Shown piece by piece: positions 45,200 through 56,700 of a DNA stretch of 64,000 nt. Source of the DNA: an uncultured Methanomassiliicoccales archaeon (lineage in GTDB: Archaea; Thermoplasmatota; Thermoplasmata; RBG-16-68-12; EA-27); NCBI GenBank assembly GCA_964396265.1, contig CAYNEM010000008.1, positions 72,500 through 136,499 on the forward strand. The letters run 5' to 3'. Under the pieces are notes generated by a model. It saw only the letters and a list, made by a program, of their open reading frames with translations, was not told the DNA's origin and searched no databases. Every line of letters starts with the position of its first letter. Position 1 is the stretch's first letter. Position numbers and translations under genes: made by a program.

Positions 45200-46864
45200 A
45201 TGATGCCCAGTGGAACACCGATCTTTGTACTGAAAGAGGGAACGCGCCGCGAGCGTGGAAAGGGAGCGCAGTTCAACAACATCGCCGCCGCACGCGCGGT
45301 GGCCGACGCGGTCCGCTCCACGCTGGGTCCGCGCGGGATGGACAAGATGCTCGTCGACAGCCTCGGGGACGTCGTGATCACGAACGACGGGGTCACGATC
45401 CTCAAGGAGATCGACATCGAACACCCGGCCGCCAAGATGATCGTCGAGGTCGCGAAGACGCAGGACCAGGAGGCAGGGGACGGGACCACGACGGCGGTGA
45501 TCCTTGCGGGAGAACTGCTCAAGAAGGCCGAGGAGATGATCGAGCAGAACATCCATCCGACTGTCATCGCGCAGGGCTACCGCGTGGCGTCGGAGAAGGC
45601 GAACGCGATCGTGGAGAAGGTCGCCCGGCCGGTCACGCCGAAGGACCGCGAGATCCTCATCAAGATTGCACGGACCGCGATGTCGAGCAAATCCGCCAGC
45701 TCACACTCCGAGATGCTGTCCGAGGTGTGCGTCAAGGCGGTCACGATGGTCGCAGAGGAGCGCGACGGCAAGTGGGTCGTGGACGAGGACAACATCCAGG
45801 TCACGAAGAAGCAGGGCGGCTCGATCGCCGACACGCAGCTCGTCGAAGGGATCATCTGCGACAAGGAGCGGGTGCACCCGGGGATGCCGCAGCAGGTCGA
45901 GGGCGCGAAGATCGCCCTCGTGGACGCGGCCCTCGAGGTCAAGAAGACGGAAATCGACGCGAAGATCGAGATCACGGATCCGAACCAGCTCCAGGCGTTC
46001 CTGAACGAGGAGGAGAACGTGCTGCGGAAGATGGTCGAGCAGGTGAAGAAGAGCGGCGCGAACGCGCTGTTCTGCCAGAAGGGCATTGACGACCTCGTCC
46101 AGCACTACCTCGCGAAGGCGGGCATCTACGCGGTGCGCCGCGTGAAGAAGTCCGACATGGAGAAGCTCGCGAAGGCCACGGGCGGCCACATCGTCACGAA
46201 GCTCGACGAGCTCGCGAAGGAGGACCTCGGCAACGCGAAGCTCGTGTACGAGAAGAAGATTGGCGATGACGAGATGACGTTCGTCACGGGCTGCAAGAAC
46301 CCGAAGGCCGTGTCCATCCTCATCCGTGGCGGCACGGAGCACGTCGTGGACGAGCTCGAGCGAAGCCTTGAGGACGCGACGAGCGTGGTCGCGGTCGCGG
46401 TCGAGGACGGCAAGTTCATCACCGGCGCAGGCTCGACGGCGATGGAGATCGCCCTCGGGCTGCGGGACTACGCGGCGACGGTCGGCGGCCGGGAGCAGAT
46501 CGCGATCGAGGCGTTCGCGGAAGCGGTGGAAGTCGTGCCGCGCACCCTCGCTGAGAACGCGGGCCTCGACCCTATCGACACGCTTATCGATCTGAGGAAG
46601 GAGCACAAGAAGGGCCACAAGCACGCGGGGATCAACGTCTTCACCGGCAAGGTCGAGGACGCGCTGAAGAACAACGTGCTCGAGCCGATCCGGGTGGGCT
46701 CTCAGGCGATCAGCTCCGCCACGGATGCCGCGATCATGATCCTGAGGATTGACGACGTCATCGCCGCGAAGTCGGGCGGCGGCGGGGGCGGCGGCGGGGG
46801 CGGCGCCGGGGGCAAGGGCGGCGCCGGCGGCGACGACCACGACGGCGGCGGCGAGGACTACTAG
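45200..46864 (+). CDS. ths: Thermosome subunit (group II chaperonin, Cpn60/TCP-1 family)
   Basis: …[38 protein letters not shown]…[15 protein letters not shown]… is a full-length match. Gly-rich C-terminal tail. Confidence 0.92.
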   Translation: MMPSGTPIFVLKEGTRRERGKGAQFNNIAAARAVADAVRSTLGPRGMDKMLVDSLGDVVITNDGVTILKEIDIEHPAAKMIVEVAKTQDQEAGDGTTTAVILAGELLKKAEEMIEQNIHPTVIAQGYRVASEKANAIVEKVARPVTPKDREILIKIARTAMSSKSASSHSEMLSEVCVKAVTMVAEERDGKWVVDEDNIQVTKKQGGSIADTQLVEGIICDKERVHPGMPQQVEGAKIALVDAALEVKKTEIDAKIEITDPNQLQAFLNEEENVLRKMVEQVKKSGANALFCQKGIDDLVQHYLAKAGIYAVRRVKKSDMEKLAKATGGHIVTKLDELAKEDLGNAKLVYEKKIGDDEMTFVTGCKNPKAVSILIRGGTEHVVDELERSLEDATSVVAVAVEDGKFITGAGSTAMEIALGLRDYAATVGGREQIAIEAFAEAVEVVPRTLAENAGLDPIDTLIDLRKEHKKGHKHAGINVFTGKVEDALKNNVLEPIRVGSQAISSATDAAIMILRIDDVIAAKSGGGGGGGGGGAGGKGGAGGDDHDGGGEDY

Positions 46865-46902
46865 GCCACGACGCCTCCCCCAGTCCTGCGCGGAGGGACA
46901 CG

Positions 46903-47421
46903 ATGAGCGAGGAGCGCACGGAAGCCCAGACGGCAGAGCCTGCGGCCCCCGAGGTGGATGCCGAGATCGCACGCCTCCGCTCCGAACTCCAGGTGACAAC
47001 CGAGCGCGCGACTGAGCTGCTCGATCGCGCCCGGCGTGCGCAGGCGGATTACGAGAACCTCCAGAAGCGCACCGCGCGGGAGGCGGAGGAGGTCCGCGAG
47101 GTGGCGAACGAGAGCCTCCTCGCTTCCCTCCTCCCTCTCCTCGACGACTTCGACAGCGCGGTGGCCGCCATCCCGGGCGAGGCGGGGGAGGGCGTGCGTA
47201 TGCTCCGGGAGAAGCTGTGGGGCGTGCTCGCGGACGCGGGCCTCGAAGCCGTGAACCCCGCGAAGGAATCGTTCAACCCGTACGAGCACGAGGTCGTCGG
47301 GCGGGCGAACGACGAGGATTTAAGCGACGGAACCGTGAGGGAAGTCGTGCAGAGGGGATACCGGTACCGCCGGCGCCTCCTCCGGCCCGCGAAGGTCATC
47401 GTGGTCAAGCGAGGTGAGTAG
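46903..47421 (+). CDS. grpE: Nucleotide exchange factor GrpE
   Basis: Coiled-coil N-terminus plus [16 protein letters not shown]… GrpE signature. Immediately upstream of dnaK. Confidence 0.85.
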   Translation: MSEERTEAQTAEPAAPEVDAEIARLRSELQVTTERATELLDRARRAQADYENLQKRTAREAEEVREVANESLLASLLPLLDDFDSAVAAIPGEAGEGVRMLREKLWGVLADAGLEAVNPAKESFNPYEHEVVGRANDEDLSDGTVREVVQRGYRYRRRLLRPAKVIVVKRGE

Positions 47422-47423
47422 CG

Positions 47424-49259
47424 ATGGGAAGGATTGTCGGAATCGACCTGGGAACGACGAACTCGGAAGCCGCGTACATGGAGAGCGGGCAGCCCAAGAT
47501 CATCCCGAGCGCGGAGGGAAGCACGTACGGAGGCAAGATGTTCCCGTCGATCATCGCCTTCACGAAGGACGGTCCCCTGGTCGGCGAGCCCGCGAAGCGG
47601 CAAGCGATCCTGAACCCGGAGCGCACGGTCATGCAGATCAAGCGCAAGATGGGGACGAACTACAAGGTTACAATCGACGACAAGACGTACACGCCGCAGG
47701 AGATCAGCGCGATGGTCCTGCGGAAGATCAGGCAGGATGCCGAGCAGTTCCTCGGGGAGAAGGTGACGCAGGTCGTGATCACCGTCCCCGCGTACTTCAA
47801 CGACAACCAGCGCCAGGCGACGAAAGACGCGGGCCAGATCGCCGGGCTCGAGGTACTGCGCCTCGTGAACGAGCCGACCGCGGCGGCCCTCGCGTACGGC
47901 CTGGACAAGGAGGCGGAAGGCAAGATCTGCGTGCTCGACCTCGGCGGGGGCACCTTCGATGTCACGCTGATGGAGATGGGCGAGGGCGTGTTCGAGGTCG
48001 CCTCGACGTCGGGCGACACGCAGCTTGGCGGCATGGACATGGACAACACGCTCGTCGACTGGCTCGTCGCGGATTTCCGCACGGAGTACGAGGCGGACCT
48101 CCGGCCCGACCGCCAGGCGATGCAACGCGTGCGCGACGCGGCGGAGAAGGCGAAGATCGAGCTCAGCAGCACCGTGAACACGACGCTGAACCTGCCGTTC
48201 ATCACGCAGAAGGCGGGCAAGCCGCTGCACCTGGAAGTTTCGATGACGCGCGCGAAGCTCGAGGAGCTCATCGAGCCCGTCCTCTCGCGGCTCGAGGCTC
48301 CGATCCGCCAGGCGTTCAAGGACGCCGGTTGGGACCCCAAGGAGGTCAACCACATCATCCTCGTCGGCGGGCCGACGCGCATGCCCGTCGTTCGCGACCG
48401 GTTCGAGCGCATCCTCGGGCGCAAGGCCGCGCGCGGCGTCGACCCCATGCAGTGCGTGGCCCTCGGGGCCGCGATCCAGGGCGCGATCCTCTCCGGCGAG
48501 ATCAAGGACATCCTGCTCCTCGACGTGACCCCCCTCAGCCTCGGCGTGGAGACGCTCGGCAGCGTGTTCACGCGCCTCATCGAGAGGAACACGACGATCC
48601 CGACGCGCAAGTCGCAGGTGTTCAGTACTGCCGCGGACGGGCAGACGACCGTCGAGGTCCACGTGCTCCAGGGCGAGCGCCCGATGGCGAGCGACGACGT
48701 GAGCCTCGGGAAGTTCTACCTGAAGGGGCTCCCGCCCGCGCCGCGCGGCATGCCGCAGATCGAAGTGACGTTCGACATCGACGCGAACGGCATGCTGACC
48801 GTGACCGCGAAGGACATGGGCACCGGGAAGTCCGAGAAGCTCACGATCCTCGCGCCGCACCGGATGGAGAAGGGTGCGATCGACAGCGCCGTCCGCGACG
48901 CCGAGCAACATGCGGAGGAGGACCGCCGCCGCCAGGAGTTCGCGGAGCTGAGGAACACGTCCGATGCCCTCCTCTACGAGACGGACAAGCAGCTCAAGGA
49001 GCTCGGTGACAAGGTCAGCGAGGGCACTCGGAAGGGGGTCGAGGCGGCGATGGAGGTCCTGCGCGAGGCCCTGAAGGCGGAGGACTTCGCCGCGCTCAAG
49101 AAAGCCTTCGAAGCATTGAAGCAGGAGACGTTGAAGGTCGGCATCGAGGTCTACCAGCGGTCCCAGGCGACGCCGCCGCCGCAGGAGCCGGGAGATGCCG
49201 CCGGTGGCGGTGCTGCGGACGTCGTCGACGTCGACTACGACGAAGTCAAGAAGGACTGA
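47424..49259 (+). CDS. dnaK: Molecular chaperone DnaK (Hsp70)
   Basis: [11 protein letters not shown]…, DLGGGTFD and [21 protein letters not shown] signatures. Confidence 0.95.
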   Translation: MGRIVGIDLGTTNSEAAYMESGQPKIIPSAEGSTYGGKMFPSIIAFTKDGPLVGEPAKRQAILNPERTVMQIKRKMGTNYKVTIDDKTYTPQEISAMVLRKIRQDAEQFLGEKVTQVVITVPAYFNDNQRQATKDAGQIAGLEVLRLVNEPTAAALAYGLDKEAEGKICVLDLGGGTFDVTLMEMGEGVFEVASTSGDTQLGGMDMDNTLVDWLVADFRTEYEADLRPDRQAMQRVRDAAEKAKIELSSTVNTTLNLPFITQKAGKPLHLEVSMTRAKLEELIEPVLSRLEAPIRQAFKDAGWDPKEVNHIILVGGPTRMPVVRDRFERILGRKAARGVDPMQCVALGAAIQGAILSGEIKDILLLDVTPLSLGVETLGSVFTRLIERNTTIPTRKSQVFSTAADGQTTVEVHVLQGERPMASDDVSLGKFYLKGLPPAPRGMPQIEVTFDIDANGMLTVTAKDMGTGKSEKLTILAPHRMEKGAIDSAVRDAEQHAEEDRRRQEFAELRNTSDALLYETDKQLKELGDKVSEGTRKGVEAAMEVLREALKAEDFAALKKAFEALKQETLKVGIEVYQRSQATPPPQEPGDAAGGGAADVVDVDYDEVKKD

Positions 49260-49287
49260 GGCCGCTACGATGCCCGCGCAGCCGGGG

Positions 49288-50418
49288 ATGAAGCGCGACT
49301 ACTACGAGGTGCTCGGGGTCGGCCGAGACACAAGTCCCGAGGAGATCAAGAAGGCGTATCGTCGGCTCGCGATGAAGTTCCACCCGGACCGCGTCCCTGC
49401 AGAAGGGAAGGCCGAGGCGGAAGAGCGGTTCAAGGAGATCAGCGAGGCGTACGAAGTCCTCGCGGACGAGGAGAAGCGCAAACTGTACGATGCCTACGGG
49501 CACACCGGCGTCGAGCAGCAGGTCTGGGGCGGTCAGGGATTCGACTGGTCGCGGTTCACGCACACCTCGGACCTCGAGGACATCTTCGGGGACCTCTTCG
49601 GCGGCTCCGTCTTCGACTCCCTGTTCGGACGCAGCCCCGGCGCCCGTCAGTCGCGCCGCGGCGCGGACCTCCGGTACGACCTCGAGATCGACCTCGAGGA
49701 CGTCGTGCGGGGCACGCCGAAGACGTTCGAGATCCCCCGGGCCGCCCCGTGTCCTCCCTGCAAGGGGACCGGCGCGGAGGGCGGGCGCGTGACCCGGTGC
49801 CCGCAGTGCAACGGTTCCGGCCAGGCGGGCAAGGTGCAGCAACGCGGCTACACGCGGATGGTGACGATCACGACATGCCCGAGGTGCCGCGGGCGCGGGC
49901 AGTGGCCGGAGCGCACCTGCGCGGCGTGCAACGGCTCGGGGGCGAGGCACGAGACGTCCGCGGTCACCGTCGAGATCCCCGTGGGCGCGAGGGACGGCAT
50001 GCGCCTCCGGCTCTCGGGAAAGGGCGAGGCCGCCTCGCGGGGCGGTCCATCGGGCGACCTGTACCTCGTCCTCCACGTGCGGGACCATCCGGTCTTCCGC
50101 CGCCAGGGGGACGACCTCATCCTGGACCTGCCCATCACGGTCTCGCAGGCAACGCTTGGCGCGGACGTGGAGGTGCCCACCCTGGAAGGCACCGCGCGCC
50201 TGCGGATCCCTCCGGGCACGCAGACCCACTCGTTTCTCCGGCTGCGTGGGAAGGGGCTTCCGAACCTCGAGGCCGGGGGACGCGGGGACCAGCTCGCGCG
50301 GATCGTGCTCGTGACGCCCACGAACCTGACGCCCGAGGAGCGGAGGCACTTCGCGCAGCTCGCGGACATGGAGAGTCAAACGAGGCGCAAAGGGATCTTC
50401 TCGCGGTTCCGCCCCTAG
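49288..50418 (+). CDS. dnaJ: Molecular chaperone DnaJ
   Basis: J-domain [10 protein letters not shown]…HPDR and four CxxCxGxG zinc-finger repeats ([32 protein letters not shown]). Start at ATG 49288; alt ATG 49270. Confidence 0.9.
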   Translation: MKRDYYEVLGVGRDTSPEEIKKAYRRLAMKFHPDRVPAEGKAEAEERFKEISEAYEVLADEEKRKLYDAYGHTGVEQQVWGGQGFDWSRFTHTSDLEDIFGDLFGGSVFDSLFGRSPGARQSRRGADLRYDLEIDLEDVVRGTPKTFEIPRAAPCPPCKGTGAEGGRVTRCPQCNGSGQAGKVQQRGYTRMVTITTCPRCRGRGQWPERTCAACNGSGARHETSAVTVEIPVGARDGMRLRLSGKGEAASRGGPSGDLYLVLHVRDHPVFRRQGDDLILDLPITVSQATLGADVEVPTLEGTARLRIPPGTQTHSFLRLRGKGLPNLEAGGRGDQLARIVLVTPTNLTPEERRHFAQLADMESQTRRKGIFSRFRP

Positions 50419-50429
50419 GGATCCAGTCA

Positions 50430-51263
50430 TTGCGGGCCCACCCCTGCGTAACGTTCTTGGGCGTGGAATCCCATCGTGACTCCGTGCGCAAGGTCTTGGG
50501 CCTCCTGACGGAGGACTTCCGCCTGTACCACGACGTCGTGGCCGCGTTGAAGGCTCGCGAGATCCCGTTCCGCTCGCTGATCCGCGGCGAGCCGGTCCCG
50601 CGGGATGTGGGGGCGGTCCTGACGTCGCCTGCGGAGGCCGCCGGGATCCCGTTCTCCGACGTCGTGGCGGTGGAGAACGTCGAGGACGCGATCGCGCGCT
50701 CCCTGCAGATCCTGCGCGGGAGGCACCGCTGGCGGGAGTTCGTCATCGGCGTCGACCCCGGCGCCGAGCCCGGGGTGGCGTTCGTAGGGGACGGCGAGGT
50801 CGTCGACACACGCGCGGCCGGGAGCCCCGAGGGCGTGGCGGACATCGTGCGGTCCGCACTGCTGGGATTCCCTGCGGAACGCGTCCGCCTCCGCGTCGGC
50901 CACGGGGACCCGACGAACCGGAACCGGATCATCAACGCCCTCGCGCCCCTCGGGTTGCCGGTCGAGATTGTGAACGAAAAGGGCACGACGCCCCGGGTGC
51001 CGAGCCCCACGCCCGACGCGGACGCCGCCATCGAGATCGCACGGGGCCGCGGGGTGCGCGCCGCGCGATTCTACGTGATCGAGCCGACGGAGGGTGAGGT
51101 CCGCGAGATCCAGCGGCAGAGCCGCCTCCGAAGTGGCGGCGAGATGACGATCTCCCAGGGGCTCGCGCGCCGAGTTGCCAAGGGAGATCTGACGATTGTG
51201 GAGGCGATTGACCACCATCGCCACGAGCGGAGGAACGAGAGTGCGCGACACCCGCCGGCGTAG
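50430..51263 (+). CDS. Hypothetical protein with RNase-H-like (RuvC/YqgF-type) fold signature, DUF460-like
   Basis: Protein-like frame after dnaJ. VIGVDPGAEPGVAFVGDGEVVDT resembles the first beta-hairpin/Asp of RuvC-fold nucleases. Start uncertain (TTG 50430 or GTG 50463). Confidence 0.35.
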   Translation: MRAHPCVTFLGVESHRDSVRKVLGLLTEDFRLYHDVVAALKAREIPFRSLIRGEPVPRDVGAVLTSPAEAAGIPFSDVVAVENVEDAIARSLQILRGRHRWREFVIGVDPGAEPGVAFVGDGEVVDTRAAGSPEGVADIVRSALLGFPAERVRLRVGHGDPTNRNRIINALAPLGLPVEIVNEKGTTPRVPSPTPDADAAIEIARGRGVRAARFYVIEPTEGEVREIQRQSRLRSGGEMTISQGLARRVAKGDLTIVEAIDHHRHERRNESARHPPA

Positions 51264-51885
51264 GGTTCTCACGGCGGCCGAACCTCGGGCGTTGGCGGCG
51301 TTGATCTGGTGGAGGCGGGCATTCCTGGTACTCGGTCTTTGCCTTTTCGTGGCGGGCGCGGCTCTTGCGCAGTCGGGGGTCACGGCGGCATCGGAGTCGA
51401 CGGCGTCGTTCAACGACACGTGCACCACTGGGGGCCAGGTCTCTCGCGTTGAGATGTGCGCCCGACTCGATGCCACGCAGGCGGACAATCGCCGCCAGGC
51501 AGTTCTCGGTGCCTTCGTCGCAGGGACAGGAATTGCGTTTGCGATTGTTGCCCTGTCGGTGCCCGCCCTCCCGCGGATCCCGCGCATCGTCGTTGCGCCC
51601 GTGGCTGTCTCGCTCCTGTTTGCGGGGCTCATCCTCCCAATCACGGAGGAGGGATTGGCACCCATGGGAGCCACGGCTCGGTGCCCGGGAACGATACACT
51701 ACGGAGGTTTCATTGTCTGTTCCGAGTCGATCCCACCACTCCCCGCGGACCTCCTTCAAGCGGAAGGCATCGTGGCCGGGGGCGGGGCCCTGTTTGGCGC
51801 AGGAGCAATTCTCGCGTTCTGCAGCATGCCTGACTTCCGAAGGCGCTCGCGCACTCGTCCGGACAGTCTCGTAATCAAACGATAA
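51241..51885 (+). CDS. Hypothetical membrane protein
   Basis: 3-4 TM helices. Start uncertain (GTG 51241 or ATG 51196); overlaps the end of the previous gene. Confidence 0.35.
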   Translation: MRDTRRRRVLTAAEPRALAALIWWRRAFLVLGLCLFVAGAALAQSGVTAASESTASFNDTCTTGGQVSRVEMCARLDATQADNRRQAVLGAFVAGTGIAFAIVALSVPALPRIPRIVVAPVAVSLLFAGLILPITEEGLAPMGATARCPGTIHYGGFIVCSESIPPLPADLLQAEGIVAGGGALFGAGAILAFCSMPDFRRRSRTRPDSLVIKR

Positions 51886-51887
51886 CG

Positions 51888-51895
51888 TTTATTAA
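51888..51895. promoter_or_regulatory. TATA-like box (TTTATTAA) 22 nt upstream of cdc48 GTG start (leaderless)
   Basis: aacgTTTATTAAccg. No other A/T element precedes GTG 51917. Confidence 0.4.
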
Positions 51896-51916
51896 CCGAG
51901 GCTAGCTTGAATCGCC

Positions 51917-54133
51917 GTGCCCGAAAGGGTCATTCTCAAAGTGGCTGAAGCGCCTCAGTCGGATGTCGGTCTCGGACGTGCGCGCGTCGACACGAAGACG
52001 CGCCTCGCGCTCGGCGTCGATGTCGGCGAGGTCGTCGAAATTGTCGGGAAGAAAGGGACCGCCGCCAAGCTGTTCCGCGTGATGCAGGAGGACGAGGGCA
52101 AGGGCATCATCCGCGTGGACGGGCTGGTGCGCCGCAACCTCGGCGTCTCGATCGGGGATAGGGTCGAAGTGCGCAAGGCGGAGGTCCTGCCCGCCGAGCG
52201 CGTGACGATCGCACCGATCATTAGCGAAGGGCACAAGATTTCCTTCGGCCAAGGAATCGAGAACTTCGTGAAGCGCGGCCTCCTGAAGCGCCCGGTCACG
52301 AAAGGCGACGTGGTCATCGTCCCGGGAATCGCCCTCATGGGCGGCGCGCTCCCGTTCATGGTCATCAAGGTCGTGCCGAAGGGCGTCGTCCAGATCGTGG
52401 ACGACTCCGTCATCGAGATGAAGGAGGAGCCCGTCCGCGAAGGCGAGGTCCTTACGCAGACGATCACGTACGAGGACGTCGGCGGACTGAGCGAGGAACT
52501 GCTCAAGGTCCGCGAGATGATCGAGCTGCCGCTCAAGCATGCGGAGCTGTTCGAGCGTCTCGGCATCGAGCCGCCAAAGGGCGTACTGCTCTATGGGCCC
52601 CCAGGGACGGGCAAGACACTGATCGCGAAGGCGGTCGCGAACGAGGCTGGCGCGAACTTCTACTCGATCCAGGGCCCGGAGGTAATGTCAAAATATTACG
52701 GTCAGAGCGAGGAGCGGCTCCGGGAGAAGTTCGACGAGGCCCAGAAGAATGCCCCGTCCGTCCTTTTCATCGACGAGCTCGACTCGATCGCGCCCAAGCG
52801 CGAGGACGTCACCGGCGAGGTCGAGCGACGCGTCGTCGCTCAACTCCTGACCCTGATGGACGGCCTGACCGGCCGCGGCCAGCTCATCGTGATCGGCGCG
52901 ACGAACCGCGACGAGGCGATCGACCCCGCGCTCCGCCGCCCGGGCCGGTTCGATCGGGAGATCTATATCGGCGTCCCGGACCGGAAGGGGCGCAAGGAGA
53001 TCTTGCAGATCCACTCGCGCGGCATGCCGATCGAGGGAGCCGAGGAAGACAAGGACCGCCTCCTGTCGGATCTCGCGAACGTCAGCCACGGGTTCGTCGG
53101 CGCAGACTTGGCGGCGTTGTGCCGGGAGGCCGCGATGAAGGCGCTGCGCCGGTACCTGCCGGAGATGGACCTCGAACACCCGATCCCGGCCGAGGTCCTC
53201 GAGAGGATGCGTGTCCTCCCGGAGGACTTCAAGAACGCGCTGAAGGAGATCGAGCCGAGCGCGATGCGCGAGGTCCTCGTCGAGATCCCTCACATCACTT
53301 GGGGGGACGTGGGCGGGCTCGAGGACGTGAAGATGAAGCTTCGCGAGGCGGTGGAAATGCCGCTCAAGGATCCCGATTCGTTCACGCGGATGGGCATCAA
53401 ACCCCCGCGCGGCATCCTCCTGTACGGCCCGCCGGGTACGGGGAAGACGCTCCTCGCGAAGGCGGTCGCGCACGAGAGCGAGGCGAACTTCATTTCGATC
53501 AAGGGCCCCGAGGTGATGTCGAAGTGGGTCGGCGAGTCCGAGAAGGCCGTCCGTATGATCTTCAAGAAGGCGAAGCAGGTCGCGCCGTGCATCGTGTTCC
53601 TTGACGAGATCGACGGCATCGCGCACCGCCGCGGGACGGGGACGGACGAGGGTGTCACGGAGCGCGTTGTGAACCAGCTGCTCACGTCGCTCGATGGCCT
53701 CGAGTCCATGGAGGGCGTCGTCGTCATCGGGGCGACGAACCGCCCGGACATGATCGACCCCGGGCTGTTGCGCACGGGCCGCTTCGACCGGCTCATCCTC
53801 GTGCCCATCCCGGACAAGAAGGCCCGTCTGGCGATCATGCGCGTCCACACGCGGGACATGCCCCTCGAGAAGGACGTCGAGCTCGAGGCGCTCGTCGAGG
53901 AGCTCGACAACTTCACGGGCGCGGACATCGAGGGTTTGTGCCGGGAGGCGGCGATGATCGCCCTGCGCGAGGACCCGAAGGCGAAGAAGGTCACCATGAA
54001 GCACTTCGAGGACGCCCGTAAGATCATCCCGGCAAGCGTCGACGAGGAGACGATCCGATTCTACGACCGCATCGGGCAGGAGATCATGCGCGGCGTCGGG
54101 AAGAAGAAGGAAGAGATCGTCTACTACCGGTGA
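51917..54133 (+). CDS. cdc48: Cdc48/VCP-like AAA+ ATPase (VAT)
   Basis: CDC48-N double-psi barrel (…[24 protein letters not shown]…), then two AAA modules each with a Walker A motif (GPPGTGKT x2), a Walker B motif and SRH. Confidence 0.92.
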   Translation: MPERVILKVAEAPQSDVGLGRARVDTKTRLALGVDVGEVVEIVGKKGTAAKLFRVMQEDEGKGIIRVDGLVRRNLGVSIGDRVEVRKAEVLPAERVTIAPIISEGHKISFGQGIENFVKRGLLKRPVTKGDVVIVPGIALMGGALPFMVIKVVPKGVVQIVDDSVIEMKEEPVREGEVLTQTITYEDVGGLSEELLKVREMIELPLKHAELFERLGIEPPKGVLLYGPPGTGKTLIAKAVANEAGANFYSIQGPEVMSKYYGQSEERLREKFDEAQKNAPSVLFIDELDSIAPKREDVTGEVERRVVAQLLTLMDGLTGRGQLIVIGATNRDEAIDPALRRPGRFDREIYIGVPDRKGRKEILQIHSRGMPIEGAEEDKDRLLSDLANVSHGFVGADLAALCREAAMKALRRYLPEMDLEHPIPAEVLERMRVLPEDFKNALKEIEPSAMREVLVEIPHITWGDVGGLEDVKMKLREAVEMPLKDPDSFTRMGIKPPRGILLYGPPGTGKTLLAKAVAHESEANFISIKGPEVMSKWVGESEKAVRMIFKKAKQVAPCIVFLDEIDGIAHRRGTGTDEGVTERVVNQLLTSLDGLESMEGVVVIGATNRPDMIDPGLLRTGRFDRLILVPIPDKKARLAIMRVHTRDMPLEKDVELEALVEELDNFTGADIEGLCREAAMIALREDPKAKKVTMKHFEDARKIIPASVDEETIRFYDRIGQEIMRGVGKKKEEIVYYR

Positions 54134-54228
54134 TGTGCCGCCTCAGGGAAAGTTCCTTATAGCCCGGGCAGCATGCGCCGCCAAAGGGATGGGAGCACGG
54201 GTCCGTGCTTCTTCACCGGTGATGGGAC

Positions 54229-54465
54229 ATGAGGAAATTCGCCACGGAGCTGCGCGGGAAGACCGTGATGACGAACGACGGTCAGATTTTGGGAATGATT
54301 GAGAACTTCATCGTGGACACGAGTTCGGGGAAGGTCATCGACGTCCTCGTCATGCCTGCGAATGAAATAGAGCCACGCCTCTACAAGACGGACGCCCAGG
54401 GTCGCATCATCCTGCCGTTCCAGGGGATGCAGGCGATTAAGGACGTCGTCGTCGTCAACCTTTGA
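54229..54465 (+). CDS. PRC-barrel domain protein
   Basis: LRGKTVMTNDGQILGMIENFIVDTSSGKVIDVLV is the archaeal PRC-barrel pattern. Confidence 0.7.
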   Translation: MRKFATELRGKTVMTNDGQILGMIENFIVDTSSGKVIDVLVMPANEIEPRLYKTDAQGRIILPFQGMQAIKDVVVVNL

Positions 54466-54659
54466 TCGTCTTCATCCGGGCTTTGCGGCGAAGCCCTAAG
54501 GCTCTCCCTTGCTCAGCGCCGCCAGAGCCTTCTTCCGTAGTTCGGGGTCCTCGAGCAGCGCATCCAGCACCGCCACAGTGAGGGCGGCCTCCGAAAAGGC
54601 CCCGATCGCGGCCTCCGGAGGCGCCCCTTGGGCCCACGCGGCGGAGAGCTTCGCCAGGC

Positions 54660-56126
54660 TCACTTCATGACGTCCTTTAGCTTACCGGCGAGGTCGCTGA
54701 GCTCCATGCCCGTGAGGGCTTTCACGAGGGCCGGCGCCTGCGCGGCGATGTCAACCACGGACCCGACGAGCGAGCTCGGTCCCCGCTCCCCCATGATGAT
54801 CAGCTTCGACGTGCCCTCCAGGGACTTCGCGGCGTTGCCGACGATTTCCGGCAATTTCTCGACGATGAGCTGCGTGACGGCAGCGCGACCGTACATCTCC
54901 CAGGCCTCCGCCTTAGCGCGCATCGCCTCGGCCGTGGCGAGCCCCGTCGCCTTGATCGCGTAGGCCTCCGCCTCGCCCGTGAGCCGGATGACGTCCGCTT
55001 TGGCGGTTCCCTCCTGCCGGATGCGCTCCGCCTCGCCCATCGCCACGCGCGACAGCCGCTCCTTCTCGCCCTCTGCGATGGCGATCAGGCGCCGGCGCTC
55101 CCCGTCCGCCTCCGCTGCGATCGCGTCCGCCTTCACCCTGGCGGGGACGAGCTGTTCGGCGCTCTGTTCCTGCTCCTTCCGGAGGACTTCCTGCACCTGA
55201 ACGAGGACCTCTTGCTCCTTCGAGCGGATGTCGATGCGCTTCTGCTCGACGATCAGCTCCTGCTGCCGCTTCGCCATCTGGATGTCGAAGGAGATCTCCT
55301 TGTTCGCGCGCTCCATCTCGACCGCGGTCTCCGACTTCTGCTTCGTGACGTCCCTGTCCCTGTGGTAGGTGGCGACGTTCGCCTCCGCATCCGCGTTCGC
55401 CTTCTCGGCCTGTTGCGCAGCCATCGCCTCGGCGACGGTCGCCTCGCGGTTCGCGTTCGCCTTGCCCATGCGCGCATCGCGCTTGACCTCCTCCGTCCTC
55501 TTCACGCCGAGGGCGTCGAGGTAGCCGCGCTCGTCTTCGACTTCTTTGATCACGAAAGACCGGATCTCAAGACCGAGGTTTTTGAGGTCCGCAGCCGCCA
55601 TACCCTGGATCTGCGTCGCCATCGTGTCCCGCTCGGTGTTGACCTGCTCGATCGTCAAGGTCGCGCAGATGCTCCGCACGTGCCCCTCCAACGTCTTCAG
55701 GGCAATCTCATTGATCTCCGGATCCGTCTTGTGAAGCAGCTGGCTCGCTGCGGTGCGGAGCACTTCCATGTCGTCGGAGACACGGACCTGCGCGACGGCC
55801 TTGATGTTCAGCTTCGCTCCGCTCTGCCGCACGTCCGTCACGATGTCGGTAACAACGACGTCGAGCGTGCGGACGTCGAGGCGGAGGAACTCATAAGCCT
55901 CAACGATCGGGACGATGAACTTCCCGCCGCCCGTGATTACGCTATAGCCCACGCGGCCCTGCTTCGCTCGCCGCCCATAGACGACCATCGCCTTGTCCGG
56001 CGGGACCCTCTTGTAGCGCGAGGCGTACACTGCAAAACCCAGGAACGCTGCGCCGATCAACACCACGACGACGATGATGAATTCGGTCTGTTCCAATCTC
56101 GAAATTCCCCCGGCCAGCGCACTCAT
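54660..56126 (-). CDS. Flotillin-like SPFH/band-7 family protein
   Basis: N-terminal TM, SPFH domain, then a long Ala/Glu-rich coiled-coil flotillin region (…AEANVATYHRDRDVTKQKSETAVEMERANKEI…). Confidence 0.85.
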   Translation of the reverse strand: MSALAGGISRLEQTEFIIVVVVLIGAAFLGFAVYASRYKRVPPDKAMVVYGRRAKQGRVGYSVITGGGKFIVPIVEAYEFLRLDVRTLDVVVTDIVTDVRQSGAKLNIKAVAQVRVSDDMEVLRTAASQLLHKTDPEINEIALKTLEGHVRSICATLTIEQVNTERDTMATQIQGMAAADLKNLGLEIRSFVIKEVEDERGYLDALGVKRTEEVKRDARMGKANANREATVAEAMAAQQAEKANADAEANVATYHRDRDVTKQKSETAVEMERANKEISFDIQMAKRQQELIVEQKRIDIRSKEQEVLVQVQEVLRKEQEQSAEQLVPARVKADAIAAEADGERRRLIAIAEGEKERLSRVAMGEAERIRQEGTAKADVIRLTGEAEAYAIKATGLATAEAMRAKAEAWEMYGRAAVTQLIVEKLPEIVGNAAKSLEGTSKLIIMGERGPSSLVGSVVDIAAQAPALVKALTGMELSDLAGKLKDVMK

Positions 56127-56135
56127 TGAATCCCC

Positions 56136-56696
56136 TCATCCCAGTTTCTTCCGAACATTCGCGACTCCCCCGACAAACCCAAGGATCTCGACGATGGAGT
56201 CACGGGGGATCTCGTCCTCCGCGATTGCCGAGAACAGCGTCCTGCCCCGTTCCGGCGTGATGATGAGGATCTGGCCTGATTGGCCCCGCCCGATCGGAAT
56301 CAAGACCTGCGCGTCCCGCCCGACCAGTTCCTCAGGGTGCACGTCCGAAGACGTCTGGGCTCGAACGAGGTACTTCTGGACGACGACGAACATGCCAACC
56401 GAGGCTGCTATCCCGGCGACTCCGGAAAGGAACGCCACCGGTAGGGGGTCCAATCCCTGTCGTTCGAGTACGGCGCCAAGAGCGCCGAAGGTGGAGCCGA
56501 AGGTCGCAAGGAGGGGGGGGCTCAGTGGCGAGATCCCCGGCCCGACGAACTCCCCGTAGTCCAGGTCGCCACCCACATCGACGTCTCCGCCGACCCCAAA
56601 GTCCCCTAGAACGACAAGGATGAGAAGGAACAGAAACGCGATGACTGCGATCCAGATGTAGATGCTCACGCCCAGGAGAGCGACCGCAACGGCCAT
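56136..56696 (-). CDS. NfeD-like membrane protein (SPFH-partner, OB-fold C-domain)
   Basis: N-terminal TMs plus the C-terminal beta-domain (…GRDAQVLIPIGRGQSGQILIITPERGRTLFSAIAEDEIPRDSIVEILGFVGGVANVRK). 9-nt gap to the flotillin gene. Confidence 0.7.
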   Translation of the reverse strand: MAVAVALLGVSIYIWIAVIAFLFLLILVVLGDFGVGGDVDVGGDLDYGEFVGPGISPLSPPLLATFGSTFGALGAVLERQGLDPLPVAFLSGVAGIAASVGMFVVVQKYLVRAQTSSDVHPEELVGRDAQVLIPIGRGQSGQILIITPERGRTLFSAIAEDEIPRDSIVEILGFVGGVANVRKKLG

Positions 56697-56700
56697 GAGG

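Noticed and set aside
46740-46862. G-rich run (ggcggcgggggcggc…) that might be a repeat or G-quadruplex element
   Set aside because: It encodes the poly-Gly C-terminal tail ([18 protein letters not shown]) characteristic of group II chaperonins.
47049-48911. 620-aa antisense ORF across grpE/dnaK
   Set aside because: Completely overlapped by dnaK, one of the best-conserved proteins here; antisense translation is low-complexity.
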